Below are positions 11,560-22,470 of a DNA stretch of 64,000 bases, piece after piece. Origin of the DNA: an uncultured delta proteobacterium (GTDB lineage: Bacteria > Desulfobacterota > Binatia > UBA9968); the NCBI GenBank assembly GCA_963745835.1, contig CAVUZH010000018.1:470441-534440 (forward strand). The letters are read 5' to 3'. Positions within the stretch are counted from its first letter, which is position 1; the number at the start of each line of letters is the position of its first letter. A program made the position numbers and the translations under genes. The notes beneath the pieces are model-generated. The model searched no databases. It was not told where the DNA came from and saw nothing but the letters and a program-made list of their open reading frames with translations.

Positions 11560-11953
11560 GTTTAAGAGCTTAAGATGTCAAGCGTCCGCTGAAGCGCTAA
11601 TCGTTAGCCGAATCTTTTCTAGAGTCTAGCGATTATATCGTCTATTGAACCGAAAACGTATATTCATTGATTCAACGCCTCCCTTCCAATATCACCAGGC
11701 TTGTCGTAACGTCTGGAACGTAGCTGAATTGTAAAGAGGCTAGAGCAACGTGCCTCGGAGTACAAGCCAGGCCTCCTTCAAATAACGATTCTTTCTGTGA
11801 TTTCTACGATTCATCATCTATGATCGTTAACAAATATGGATTCTTTCGATAATCCAGGCTCGCCTAATTACAACAGTCCCGCTTAAATCCTGACGCCGAC
11901 GCCGTGGCGCCGCCGTGATTCCGAACCGAGAAGCGGTGAGCCCGGAAGTGATT

Positions 11954-13050
11954 ATGCGCCAGTTTCGTTTCAGTCCCGCTCTTCCCGAAAAACCAGTTTT
12001 CACGATGGGCGATGCGGTCATTTTGCTTGGTATCGCCACGATACTTTACGCGGGCACCCGCTTGGCCTTCCGCGTTCCTGCCGTGATTGCGGGTCCGAAG
12101 AGGATTCCAGCGCCGCACGAGCGGAGTTATTGCTCCACCGGAATTGTCCGCTGAGACGGGACATTCTCGTTTAGCGATCGGAATTCTCGCTCGCGCGATG
12201 GCCGTCGAACCAGAATTGTTATGTTTAGACGAACCATTTTCTGCCCTGGATGTGCTTTCCGCCGAAGCTTTGCGTGGCGAGCTGATGGAACTATGGCTAA
12301 AAAAGAAAATCCCGACCAAAGCTATCTTGATGGTTACGCATAATATTGAGGAAGCCGTGTTGATGGCCGATCGCATCGTGATCATGGGTAAAGACCCTGG
12401 TCACATTGTAACTGAGATTCCCGTCACGCTTCGACAACCGCGGCAGCGCAAAGATACCGCCTTTCAAGGCCTTGTAGATAAGGTGTATGCAGCTGTTGCT
12501 GGTCAGTCCAGGCCGAAAGAAGAGACGCTTGGCACTCAACCTGGAGAGCCTGGCTATGACCCGAGCATTGCCGAATGCGCAGCTCAGCGCACTCGCGGGC
12601 TTGCTCGAGAAACTCGTAGAAGAGGGAGGGCGGGTTGACCTCTACCGGATGAGCGGTGATTTGGTCCTCGAACGCGATGATTTCTTACCGATTGTGGAGT
12701 CGGGGGACCTACTCGGTTTCGTTACTGTTCACGAGGGAGACCTGTTACTTACGCCCTTGGGCGTGCCTACGCTGACGCCACCATTCTGGGCCGCAAAGCA
12801 ATAGTCGCGGGACGGGTCTGCGTTTGCCGACCATTGCCTGGATCTATGAAACTCTCCAACAGGATGACAACCGGCGCGTGGCTTGGGATTATTTTCACGA
12901 CAAGTTGCAAGCCGACTTTGGCGAGTAGGCCGAAAAGCAGCTAGACATCGCCATCAGTTGGGGACGCCATGCTGAGCTGTTTGCTTACGACGACGGCACT
13001 GGGGAATTATATCTGGAGAGCGATGTGGGAAAAACGGCTGAGAAAAGCTT
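11954..13050 (+). pseudogene. Deleted/decayed NitT/TauT ABC permease N-terminus fused to ATPase C-half with AAA-associated domain
   Basis: Short permease-like N-terminus then ARAMAVEPELLCLDEPFSALD and VTHNIEEAV with no Walker A; several frameshifts and an in-frame TAG. Confidence 0.75.
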
Positions 13051-13718
13051 TGCTCTGAGCGAACTGTATGAGGCCTGACCTGTTCTTTCCATTCAGGAGC
13101 GAGTCCAAGGCTTTCAGCTCCTCCAGCAGGATGACGTGGAGGATTTTTTTTGCACCTGAGTGCAAGGATAAAGCCAAACTGGCTTTAGCCCTACCACTCG
13201 GCGAACGAAAATGCCGATGAAGCTGCTCGCCCCTGATGACGCCGTGGACGTAGTTCACCAAGTCCCCGATGAAGAACGCGAGGGACTTTATCACTACTGG
13301 ACGATAAGACGCGCAGGGAAGTTAAAGGGCTTGTGGAATACGCGGAACAAAAAGCTCAAGGCCTAATCAATCCTCGCTATGCCCGTTTGCGACTCAAATG
13401 AGCATCGACGAGGCTGTTAACTTTTTACGGAGAGATGCGCAGGATCGGGCGCATAGCATCTACTACGCTTACGTGACCGACTCTGAAGAACGGCTGTTGG
13501 GAGTAGTCACATTCAGGGATTTGCTAATTGCAGCTGGCGACAAGCCTGTGCAGGACGTTATGCGTAGGGACGTGATAACAGTGCCAGAACACTTGGATCA
13601 AACAGCAATGAAAGACCTATTGACCAGGTACAATCTGCAGATGATCCCCGTCGTAGACTCGGAAAAGCGCATCAAGAGCGTGGTAACTAAAGACCAAATC
13701 AGCCAAGACGACTCGTAA
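13050..13718 (+). pseudogene. MgtE-like cytosolic N-domain + CBS pair, frameshifted, no TM domain
   Basis: PDDAVDVVHQVPDEEREG fragment; SIYYAYVTDSEERLLGVVTFRDLL, IPVVDSEKR. Confidence 0.7.
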
Positions 13719-14181
13719 ACGGACGCTTCTCACTCGCCGATCTTTCAGCGGCTCGTATATAATGTGGCGCACGTGCAGCATGATGAAGTGCGTTGCAGGT
13801 AGCTTTGTGAGCAAAAACGCCGTGATAACGTCCCTGTTCATGACTTCTCTACGACCTTATCGCTCGGAGCCACGCCGACCTCTCGCTGAATGGATCAGTG
13901 ATAGGTGGGTATGCAATAGAGATCAAGTCGCAGTTACATCAGGTCTTTGCGCGCCACGGTTTTTGGAGCCATGATCAACATGTTTTTTCTCGAGGCCTAA
14001 AGAATATGCTCAGAACTATGTTGGGAAAAAAGGGTAGATGGATAGTTTACTTCCTTCGATGGCGTAAGATGCTGCGAAGATTTGATCGATCGGACACAGC
14101 CCCAAGGGCCAACATGTGGATCGGCCCGCAGTAATTTCTCCAGGTCTGAGACTTACGCTTTGCACGAGAGAGGTGAAACAT

Positions 14182-14680
14182 ATGGATGCAAAAATCACAT
14201 CACCGAACGTGTTTAAGCGCGAAAGGCGACCGGTGGATGATACCATCAGCGCCGTGCCGGGCGAGTGGCGCTTCGACAAGAATGTATCGAAAGCCTTCGA
14301 TTCGCATGTCCATAAGAGCGTGCCGTTCTACGACGAGATATAGCGCATGGCGGTCGAGCTGAGCGAATACTTTGTGCGCGACCGCAGCGTTGTTTATACT
14401 TAGGCTCTTCCACCGGCACTACGCTTGACCTCCTTTCGAGCACACATGCGGCAATCAGGATGCGCAGTTTATCGGATTCGATTTGAGCGAATTTATGATC
14501 AGGGAATCCCGAAAGAAGGTCAATCGGCCCAATGTTCGCTTTCATCATAAGAATATTATGGATGTCGAATTCTCACCGCCGGTGAGCTTTATGACCAGCT
14601 TGTTCACTATGCAGTTCGTGACGCTGGCGGAACGGAGAACTCTCCTCACGCGTATCAACGGGTTTCGCTCGCTGCCTTAC
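14182..14680 (+). pseudogene. CmoA-like SAM-dependent methyltransferase pseudogene
   Basis: WRFDKNVSKAFDSHVHKSVPFYDEI then TAG at 14341; LGSSTG and SLFTMQF in shifted frames. Confidence 0.75.
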
Positions 14681-15226
14681 CGGGTCGAATCAATTCCTTG
14701 AGTAAGAATAGGAACAGATTCTTTCCACAGCCGCTCTGTTATTGGTATGCGTTCACTTTCGGCCTGGGCCTGCTTTCTTGTAGCTTGGGTGGTATTTGGC
14801 TTGGAATGATGCTGCCGTTCATGACCTGGGCTCTTCATATCGCCGGCTTGGTTTCGGTTAAGACGGCTCCGCGACGACGCAGCGTCAGCCTCGGGCTTTT
14901 GACGCTGATTGGGTTGCTCGGGCAGCCTCGCTGTTGCGAGGCAACTAACCTCAATGGGCGATTGAGATGGCAACGCATAGTGTTCCATCGCAATGGAGGT
15001 AACGGCACAGCGGCGCTCAGCTAGCGGCCTTCACCCAAACTTGAACTCGCCACCGCGCTCAAACGGTAATGCAGGTGTGTTCTAGGTAAGTTCCCGCAAA
15101 TCGAGATTCAGCGGGCTTGTGCTCCTATTTCCAAATGCTCGAGAGGTTCCTCTCAGCACCTTCAGCGGCTTCTTTGCTCACCGCGCCAGGATTCAATTAA
15201 ATCGCCCCCCCTCAAATCGGCCGGTG

Positions 15227-16270
15227 CTATAGGATTCGGTTGAACCATAGCAGTGAGAGCAAACCGGAAATCAGCGCGGTGATCGCTGCCGCCGCCGAAA
15301 ACAGGGCGGTGATCTCGGTTTCTTTCTTCTCCAGTACCAGCCGTGAGTTGAGCGACTGGTAAACCTTCTTCAGATCGTTTGCCGTGCCTGCATAAAAATA
15401 CTCGCCGTGGGTTAGGTTCGCGATCGCTTTGAGAGAGGCCTCATCCAAGCGCACCCGCATGGACCAGCCTTCGAAGCCGAGCGTCTCGCCGCTTGTAGTT
15501 CCTATTCCCACCGTAAAGATACGAACGCCGCGGTCGGCGGCCATTTGAGCGGCCTCGATGGAACTGGGGCCCGTCGTTCTCTGTCCGTCCGTGAGCAAAA
15601 TGATCGCCGCGGAACTGTAAGATCCAGGCGGAACTGGTTTCGGCGCCGGCTTATCCGTTTTGCGAGACTGATCCAACGGCACGCCGCGCAGGCCGTCCCG
15701 GCCGTAAATGAATGAGCTCACATCGATGCCGGCATCCGGGAAGATCGCCGCCAATGAGACGATGATGCCGCTGCCGATGGCGGTAGCGCGTTGAAGTTGG
15801 AATCGATCGATGGCGGCAATGATGTCTTCGCGATTTTGCGTCGGCATCTGCACGATGGATGCTGTTCCGGCGAAGGCGACGACTCCGATGCGCACGTTCG
15901 AGGGTTGGTCTGCGACGAAGGCTTTCGCGGCCGCCTGGGCCGCGGCAATCCGGCTGGGCTGAACGTCGGCGGCGCGCATGCTTCCCGAGACATCCATGGC
16001 GAGAATGATAGTCCGGTGTTGCGATGGCAGGGTTACGATCGCCGCGGGGCGGGCAATTGCGAGAATCATCGCCGTGATGGAAATAAGGAACAACAGCGGT
16101 GGAATGTGACGGCGAAATTTCTGCCTGGCGCTCATCGCGTCTTTGACGATGCTCAAGCTGGCGTATCGGAGCGCTGCCTGCTTCTTGCGATTCAAGACAA
16201 ACAAGTATGCGCCCACCAGAACCGGCACCAGCAGGAGAAGCAGAAGCATTTCAGGCCATAGAAACGTCAT
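15227..16270 (-). CDS. BatA-like vWA domain membrane protein
   Basis: MTFLWP..LLLL, ILAIARP, DVSGSM, ILLTDG, C-terminal TM. Confidence 0.92.
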   Translation of the reverse strand: MTFLWPEMLLLLLLVPVLVGAYLFVLNRKKQAALRYASLSIVKDAMSARQKFRRHIPPLLFLISITAMILAIARPAAIVTLPSQHRTIILAMDVSGSMRAADVQPSRIAAAQAAAKAFVADQPSNVRIGVVAFAGTASIVQMPTQNREDIIAAIDRFQLQRATAIGSGIIVSLAAIFPDAGIDVSSFIYGRDGLRGVPLDQSRKTDKPAPKPVPPGSYSSAAIILLTDGQRTTGPSSIEAAQMAADRGVRIFTVGIGTTSGETLGFEGWSMRVRLDEASLKAIANLTHGEYFYAGTANDLKKVYQSLNSRLVLEKKETEITALFSAAAAITALISGLLSLLWFNRIL

Positions 16271-17264
16271 GGCTCCTCCTTAGATGTTTTGGCAGGCTTC
16301 CACCGGCCGCCAACTGGCTGCGCCGCTTGCGCAGATCGGCAAAACGGAGGATGGCGTCGACCAAATCATCGTTCGTGGACAGCTCCAGAGTGTCGACTCC
16401 TGCCTGGTTAAAAGCGGACCGAAGCTCGGTCTCACGGCGCTCCGCGGCGGCCGTAAAGCGCCTTCTGAAAGCGCGGTCGTGAGTATCGACGAATAGCTGT
16501 TCTCCGGTTTCGGCATCCTGCATCACCAGCAGCCCGAGATCCGGCAATTCCATTTCCAATGGGTCGTAAAGTCGCACGGCGATGATCTCATGGCGTTGCG
16601 CCAAATGCGCCAGCGGCTTGGCCCAGCCGGGCGCGCTGATGAAATCGGAAATCACGAATACCAGCGAGCGTCGATTCATGATGCGAGAAGCGGTCTGGAA
16701 AAAATCTCGCAGGTTGGTCCCGTGCGAGCCGGAACGTTTGGGCCGGGAAAGCACGCGATGAAGAATATCGAGCACGTGACGCCGGCCGGTTCGCGCCGGA
16801 ATCACCGTGTCCACGCTGTCACCATAGAACAGCGCGCCCACCCGATTGCCGTGCCGGGTTAAGAGCCGCGCCAGCATTGTGACGAATTCTGTCGAGACCG
16901 ACTGCTTCTTAACGTTGGAGCCGAAATCCACCGACGGGCTCAGGTCGAGCAGGAACCATGCGGTCACTTCCCGGTCTTCATTGTAAACCCGGACATAAGG
17001 TGTCTGCAGACGCGCTGTGACGTTCCAATCGATGTAACGGACATCGTCGTGGTATTGGTATTCGCGCAGATCCGCCAGGTCCAGCCCAAAACCACGAAAC
17101 AAAGTTTGGTAATCGCCGTGCAGCAGGCCATCGAGGCGACGAATCACAGTCCACTCCAAGCGACGCAGAATGTTTTCAGCTTCCGGGGTGCGAGCTGCGG
17201 GGGCACGGAAATTTTCGCTGACGGCGCCGGGAATCGCTTTAGGCGCTTTCTGAAAAACACTCAT
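16251..17264 (-). CDS. DUF58 domain protein
   Basis: LREYQYHDDVRYIDWNVTAR, DLSPSVDFG, VISDF. Confidence 0.92.
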   Translation of the reverse strand: MSVFQKAPKAIPGAVSENFRAPAARTPEAENILRRLEWTVIRRLDGLLHGDYQTLFRGFGLDLADLREYQYHDDVRYIDWNVTARLQTPYVRVYNEDREVTAWFLLDLSPSVDFGSNVKKQSVSTEFVTMLARLLTRHGNRVGALFYGDSVDTVIPARTGRRHVLDILHRVLSRPKRSGSHGTNLRDFFQTASRIMNRRSLVFVISDFISAPGWAKPLAHLAQRHEIIAVRLYDPLEMELPDLGLLVMQDAETGEQLFVDTHDRAFRRRFTAAAERRETELRSAFNQAGVDTLELSTNDDLVDAILRFADLRKRRSQLAAGGSLPKHLRRSHDVSMA

Positions 17265-17423
17265 GGCTTTGCTCAAGATGAATAATGGAAGCTGGAGTTC
17301 GCCTTCCACCGCTTCCGCGTTGCTTCGTATTTACACTCCTGGGGATCGTGCTCGAATCTTGGTTTCGCTTGGATTTCACGATTAGCTTCCAGGCATCCGT
17401 TGCGATAACCGCGCCCGGATATC

Positions 17424-18425
17424 TTACCTGACATGCGTTTCCAGCGGCTTATCCGGCGCCGGTATCTGTTGCATGATTCGATGGATCAACTGATCCGCGC
17501 TCATTCCCTCCGCAAGCGCCTCATATGTCAACACCAGACGGTGACGAAAAACATCGGACACAAGATCCGTCACATCCTCGGGCAAGACATAGCCGCGCCC
17601 GCGTAAGAACGCCAGCGCCCGCGCCCCTTCGATGAGATGGATGGAGGCCCGGGGGCTTGCGCCGAACGATACGAACTTGCCCAAATCAGACAGGCCAAAG
17701 CGCTCCGGATCACGCGTCGCCGAGGCCAGGCGCACCGCGTATTGCATGAGCGACGGATCCACATAGACGCCCTGGCACTCGCGCCGGAGCGCGTTCAGCT
17801 GATCGGTCGTCGCCACCGGAACAACATCGTTGGCGGTGCCGGTGACTCTTGCAACGATAACAAACTCCTCTTCCTCGGTGGGATAGCCGACCAGCACCTT
17901 CATCATAAACCGGTCGACCTGCGCTTCCGGCAGCGGATAGGTTCCCTCGGTCTCGATAGGGTTTTGCGTCGCCATGACCAGAAACGGCTCGGGGACATGG
18001 TGGCTCTCTCCAGCGATCGTGACTTGGCGTTCCTGCATTACTTCGAGCAACGCGCTTTGCACTTTCGCCGGCGCCCGGTTGATTTCATCGGCGAGCAGAA
18101 GATTGGTGAAAACCGGGCCCAACGACGTGGCGAAGTCGCCGCTCTTCTGATTGTAGATCCGGGTTCCCACCAGATCGGCCGGCACGAGATCCGGCGTAAA
18201 CTGAATTCTCCTGAATGAACCGCGCATGGTTCTGGCCAGGGTCTTGACTGTTAGAGTCTTGGCCAGTCCCGGGACGCCTTCGACGAGCAAGTGCCCCTGC
18301 GCCAGCACCGCAACTAGCACGCGCTCTAAAAAATGATCCTGTCCGACGATGATCTTTTTCACCTCATAGAGGATTCGCTCCATCAATGAAGCAACTTCAG
18401 CGCGATTAATCTCTTTGTTGTCCAT
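17424..18425 (-). CDS. moxR: MoxR-family AAA+ ATPase
   Basis: EGVPGLAKT, RIQFTPDLVPAD, LLADEINRAPAKVQSALLE, ATQNPIETEGTYPLPEAQVDRF. Confidence 0.95.
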   Translation of the reverse strand: MDNKEINRAEVASLMERILYEVKKIIVGQDHFLERVLVAVLAQGHLLVEGVPGLAKTLTVKTLARTMRGSFRRIQFTPDLVPADLVGTRIYNQKSGDFATSLGPVFTNLLLADEINRAPAKVQSALLEVMQERQVTIAGESHHVPEPFLVMATQNPIETEGTYPLPEAQVDRFMMKVLVGYPTEEEEFVIVARVTGTANDVVPVATTDQLNALRRECQGVYVDPSLMQYAVRLASATRDPERFGLSDLGKFVSFGASPRASIHLIEGARALAFLRGRGYVLPEDVTDLVSDVFRHRLVLTYEALAEGMSADQLIHRIMQQIPAPDKPLETHVR

Positions 18426-18452
18426 GGTCCTGCCAGGTAAAGCTGTCTACGA

Positions 18453-19394
18453 TTAAAACGGCGGCAACCCCGCCGCCGCTGCTGCGTTCTCGATGGGAAC
18501 GGCAAAGCCAATCCCGACAAAGAACCGCTGGTCTGTAGGATTGAGAATGGCGGTGACAATGCCGACCACTTCGCCGCCTGCGGTCACCAGTGGTCCGCCC
18601 GAGCTTCCGGGATTTACCGCCGCATCGAACTGGATAAGATTCGTCAGCAAGCGCTTGCCTTCAGGAGAGCGGAATTCGCGGCGCAGACCCGACACTACTC
18701 CCGCGGTGACGGAAGGACCGATGCCGAATGGGAACCCTACGGCGACTACCTGATCGCCTAGTGCGAGGTCCGCGGTAGATCGCATGGTCGCCGCGACCAG
18801 ATCATCGGGAATTGTTTCGGCCTGAAGCACCGCCAGGTCATGCTCCGGCTGCATGGCGACAACCGTCGCGTCGGATTTGAGCCCGTCGGCAAACACCACC
18901 TGCACACGCTTGGCGCCGAGCACCACGTGGAGATTGGTGAGGATCGTGCCCTTATCGACAATGACGACACCGCTGCCGACGCTCTTGTCCTTGTCATCGT
19001 CGATTGCATCCTGGGCTCCCCACCCATTCACTCTAACGACAGAAGAACGAATTACATCGTAGGCTTTCGCCACGGGCGACGGAAGCGTGTTGGTCTCCAG
19101 CGTGTGAAGCACCGCGGCGCGAATATCTTCTTGAGTGATCTCGCGTGGCGGCTTGAGCGCGGAGTACGTGAACACCAGGAGGATCGATAATAATCCGACG
19201 GCAGCGCCCCCTAGGAACCGCCGTTCATTGCGAACGTAAAATTCTCGCCATCGACGCCCGGGTGACGTCTTGGCGGCTTTAGCCGCGGTTTGGCGCGGTT
19301 GATCCGGAGTTTGCGGTTGTTCGAGCTGTTTAGTGGGAGCTGCCTGTCCAGTAATCGATGATCGGCTAGAGCTATAGAGCGTTACTCTTTTCAT
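18453..19394 (-). CDS. Membrane-anchored trypsin-like (S1C/HtrA-type) protease lacking PDZ
   Basis: TNLHV, HDLAVL, IQFDAAVNPGSSGGPL; single TM; ends right after protease domain. Confidence 0.9.
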   Translation of the reverse strand: MKRVTLYSSSRSSITGQAAPTKQLEQPQTPDQPRQTAAKAAKTSPGRRWREFYVRNERRFLGGAAVGLLSILLVFTYSALKPPREITQEDIRAAVLHTLETNTLPSPVAKAYDVIRSSVVRVNGWGAQDAIDDDKDKSVGSGVVIVDKGTILTNLHVVLGAKRVQVVFADGLKSDATVVAMQPEHDLAVLQAETIPDDLVAATMRSTADLALGDQVVAVGFPFGIGPSVTAGVVSGLRREFRSPEGKRLLTNLIQFDAAVNPGSSGGPLVTAGGEVVGIVTAILNPTDQRFFVGIGFAVPIENAAAAAGLPPF

Positions 19395-19828
19395 GTGTGC
19401 GATCCATCAGGTTAGATGAGAAATAACTATAAGAGAGCTCCCTCGAAATAAAGCGACCAAGAAGTCTTGCTGATTTCTATCTATCCCAAGGCCGCCTGAT
19501 ATAAAAGCCCTTTATTGGCGCTGACGCAAGTAAAGGTAAGTTGACATACCGACAGCCTATCGAATAGTTTCGCCTTGGAGAAGAGTAGTGGGAGGCCACT
19601 GGCGCGCTGCCGCCGAAAATGACCAGGAGAAAACGATGCTCCCAACTCATTACGGCTTGCATCTGAAGAATTCTCTGGCAATGCACCCTTGTTGCCAGAC
19701 CCAAAAGCTATCGGGATGTGGTTGATGCATTGTTTAAAAGTTCCCATGCTCGTTCCAGCCATTATCACGGGCTTTAGCAGGCGGGTGTATCTAAAACACG
19801 ATCCGAACTTGGAAAGGAGTGAAGGGAA

Positions 19829-20242
19829 ATGGCTGCATTAACGCTGGAAATGGCAGAAAAGGCGGTCAAAGCGGCGCAGGCGAAAGCGCGCGATCAAGGT
19901 ACGCCGATGACGGTTACCGTTGTCGATGAAGCCGGCCGCCTGGTCTTGTCGGCGCGCGGTGATGGCGCCGGCTTTTTTACTCCTGAAACTTCCCGCGGCA
20001 AAGCGGTTGCGGCCGCGGCCTTTCGACGTCCGACCAAAGAAATGGTGCGTCTCAGAGATTCATCTCCAGCCTTCTGGAGCAATATTTCTAACGTGCTGCA
20101 CGGCGAAGCTCTGCCGAGCATAGGCGGCGTGCCGGTTCTCTCAGGCGGAAAAGTGATCGGCGCCATCGGCTGCGGTGGCGGCAGCGGCGAGCAAGATCAC
20201 CTCTGTGCTGCAGCCGGCGCCGCAGCGATAGCTAATAGTTGA
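19829..20242 (+). CDS. GlcG/HbpS-family heme-binding protein
   Basis: VTVVDEAG, GKAVAAAAF, GGVPV..GKVIGAIGCGGGSGEQDHLCA. Confidence 0.88.
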   Translation: MAALTLEMAEKAVKAAQAKARDQGTPMTVTVVDEAGRLVLSARGDGAGFFTPETSRGKAVAAAAFRRPTKEMVRLRDSSPAFWSNISNVLHGEALPSIGGVPVLSGGKVIGAIGCGGGSGEQDHLCAAAGAAAIANS

Positions 20243-20367
20243 TTCGCCGCGAATCTTGATCACGATCAGCGAATCAGGCGACTGTCTGGTTCGCTTTTGG
20301 CTAGCCTCGATAGGGAACCCAACGAGGAGTGCCCCGAACTCGGCGCACGATGAATAGAGGACTTAAT

Positions 20368-21615
20368 ATGACACGGACAACCATTGCTCTGAGCCTGGCG
20401 GTACTGTTGTTCGCTGCAAGCGCGCGAGCACAAGTGACCGTTCTCACTCGCGCCACAATGATCGACGGCAGCGGCGCGGGGCCGCAAAAAGACACTACCA
20501 TCGTGCTCGAGAACGGCCGCATTCGTGAAATAGGGCCGGCATCGAAGCTTTCAAACCCAGACGGAGCGATCGTAGTGGATCTCGACGGCAGGTTCATCGT
20601 GCCGGGCATCATCAACGCGCATGGCCATGTCGGCGCAAAAACCGAACCGCAGTTACGCCAATACGCGCTCTACGGAGTCACCACCGCGACCAGCATGCAA
20701 ACCGATCCGGACGAGGTCGTGCAGGTCCGTGAAGCGCAGAAGCGCGGTGAATTGCGCGGCGCCAGGGTGTCCACCGTGAAGTACCGTTTCGCGCCCGACC
20801 CTGCGGTGGCGACACCACAGCAGGCGCGCGCCAAGGTCGACGAGGTCATCGCCGCGGGCGCCGATTACATCAAGCTGTGGGTGGATGGCGGGTTTGGCAC
20901 GCGAGCGAAACTTACGCCCGAGTTTTGCGCCGCCGTCCTCGATCAAGCGCGCAAGCACGGCAAACTCACCTTCGGCCACGCTTACGAGCTATCCGACGCG
21001 AAGATGCTGGTCGAGCGAGGCTTGAACGTGCTTGCCCACAACATACGCGACCGGGAGGTGAATGCCGAGATCATTTCACTGCTCATTCAGCATAACGTAA
21101 CGCTCATTCCGACGTTGATACGCGACGAATTTCTATTCGCCTACGGCGACGCGCCGGCTTGGATTGACGATCCTTTTTTCCTCAAGTTTGTGCCGCTGGA
21201 GCGCCTGAAGATGCTCAAAACCAAGATCCGTGATGAACAGGCCAAGCATCCACAGCGCGCCCTCTTTAAAGCCGGTTTCGAGATGAACAAGACCAACCTG
21301 AAGAGGCTCTCTGACGCGGGGGTGCGCATTGCGTTGGGCACCGACAGCGGCGGCGCCGCTGATCGCTTCTTTATCCAGGGTTATTCAGAGCATCGCGAGA
21401 TGGAGCTCATGGTGCAATCGGGACTGAGTCCGATGCAGGTCATCCAGTCCTTCTCCAAGGGCGGATCGGAGGCGCTCGGCATTGAAAAAGAATTCGGCAC
21501 GTTGGCCAGAGGCAAAGCAGCCGACCTGCTGGTGCTGGAAAGAAATCCCCTCGAGAACATCGCCAACATGCGGTCCATCCAAACTATTTACCTGGGCGGC
21601 AAGAAGTTCGATTAG
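20368..21615 (+). CDS. Secreted amidohydrolase family protein
   Basis: Signal peptide; PGIINAHGH, GTDSG, GKAADLLVLERNPL. Confidence 0.9.
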   Translation: MTRTTIALSLAVLLFAASARAQVTVLTRATMIDGSGAGPQKDTTIVLENGRIREIGPASKLSNPDGAIVVDLDGRFIVPGIINAHGHVGAKTEPQLRQYALYGVTTATSMQTDPDEVVQVREAQKRGELRGARVSTVKYRFAPDPAVATPQQARAKVDEVIAAGADYIKLWVDGGFGTRAKLTPEFCAAVLDQARKHGKLTFGHAYELSDAKMLVERGLNVLAHNIRDREVNAEIISLLIQHNVTLIPTLIRDEFLFAYGDAPAWIDDPFFLKFVPLERLKMLKTKIRDEQAKHPQRALFKAGFEMNKTNLKRLSDAGVRIALGTDSGGAADRFFIQGYSEHREMELMVQSGLSPMQVIQSFSKGGSEALGIEKEFGTLARGKAADLLVLERNPLENIANMRSIQTIYLGGKKFD

Positions 21616-21684
21616 GGACGCTGCAAGGGATGGCGAGACTTCCAAGTAAAAAGTTCCATGGAGAAATCTTCTGATCTGACGTCT

Positions 21685-21985
21685 CCGAGAGGGAACCTGT
21701 AACCAACGGGTATTACTCCAGGTGTCTTGATACCTTCTCCGGCCCCATCAGCGCGTAGAGTCCGGCAGCATTAACGCGCAAGCCGGCTCACGAGGATAAG
21801 GCCGAGGCGCAAATGTTTCTCACAGCTGAAGTAGCAAAGCAGGTATCCCGGGTCCGGTGGTGGCGACGGCCAGCATGATGCCGGCTGTCGCCACCACTAG
21901 CGCGTCATCTCGTAGACCGCGAGGATCGCCCCTCTATAGGAGGTTACATGAAGGGATTAGTTATTTGACAAGAACTAAACCTTAT
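21685..21985 (+). mobile_element. Structured non-coding segment resembling an IS110/IS1111-type downstream end, no transposase
   Basis: No credible ORF; long hairpin 21857-21897; TTGACA near 3' boundary; motif order resembles recalled IS110 ends (unverified). Confidence 0.45.
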
Positions 21986-22047
21986 TGCCGCCGCCCTTAA
22001 CACGGAGATCCGGTTTCGTCCGGATCCGTGCGGTCGAACAGTTTCGC

Positions 22048-22185
22048 TTAATAGGGATAGCGCGGAATCTGCTCTTTCTTTTGCGGTGTGGGACTCTGCT
22101 TCCTGGCGGTGGTTTTCTTGGCGCTCTTTTTCTTAGCGGTAGTTTTTTTCGCCGACTTCTTCTTTGTGGTTGCCTTTTTTGCCAT
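22048..22185 (-). CDS. 45-aa Lys/Ala/Thr-rich histone-H1-like small protein
   Basis: Hand translation MAKKATTKKKSAKKTTAKKKSAKKTTARKQSPTPQKKEQIPRYPY*; TAAGGAG RBS; below ORF-track cutoff. Confidence 0.75.
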   Translation of the reverse strand: MAKKATTKKKSAKKTTAKKKSAKKTTARKQSPTPQKKEQIPRYPY

Positions 22186-22470
22186 CGATCGTTCTCCTTA
22201 TCTCAAATTTTTTCAACCCGTGACTAACGTTTTATACGTGCCTGATAATACTTTAATCATCGCGGAAAGAATAGAAAAAATTTAAAGCCGGCGATTTGCG
22301 ACCGTCGTCCGGTCTCGCTGGACGAAGAATATTTGCGATGAGTAACCCGAGTTCACGTTGACGAACGGCAAAAAACCGCAACTTTTGAAATAATCGCATC
22401 GGATCAACTCGTCCAAAGCGGACCGCCGGCGATGATCACAGCTTCGATGATTTCTACAACCGGCTCCAGG

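Noticed and set aside
21985-22285. Hydrophobic plus-strand ORFs (80 and 65 aa)
   Set aside because: Antisense shadows of the Lys-rich minus-strand gene, which has the RBS
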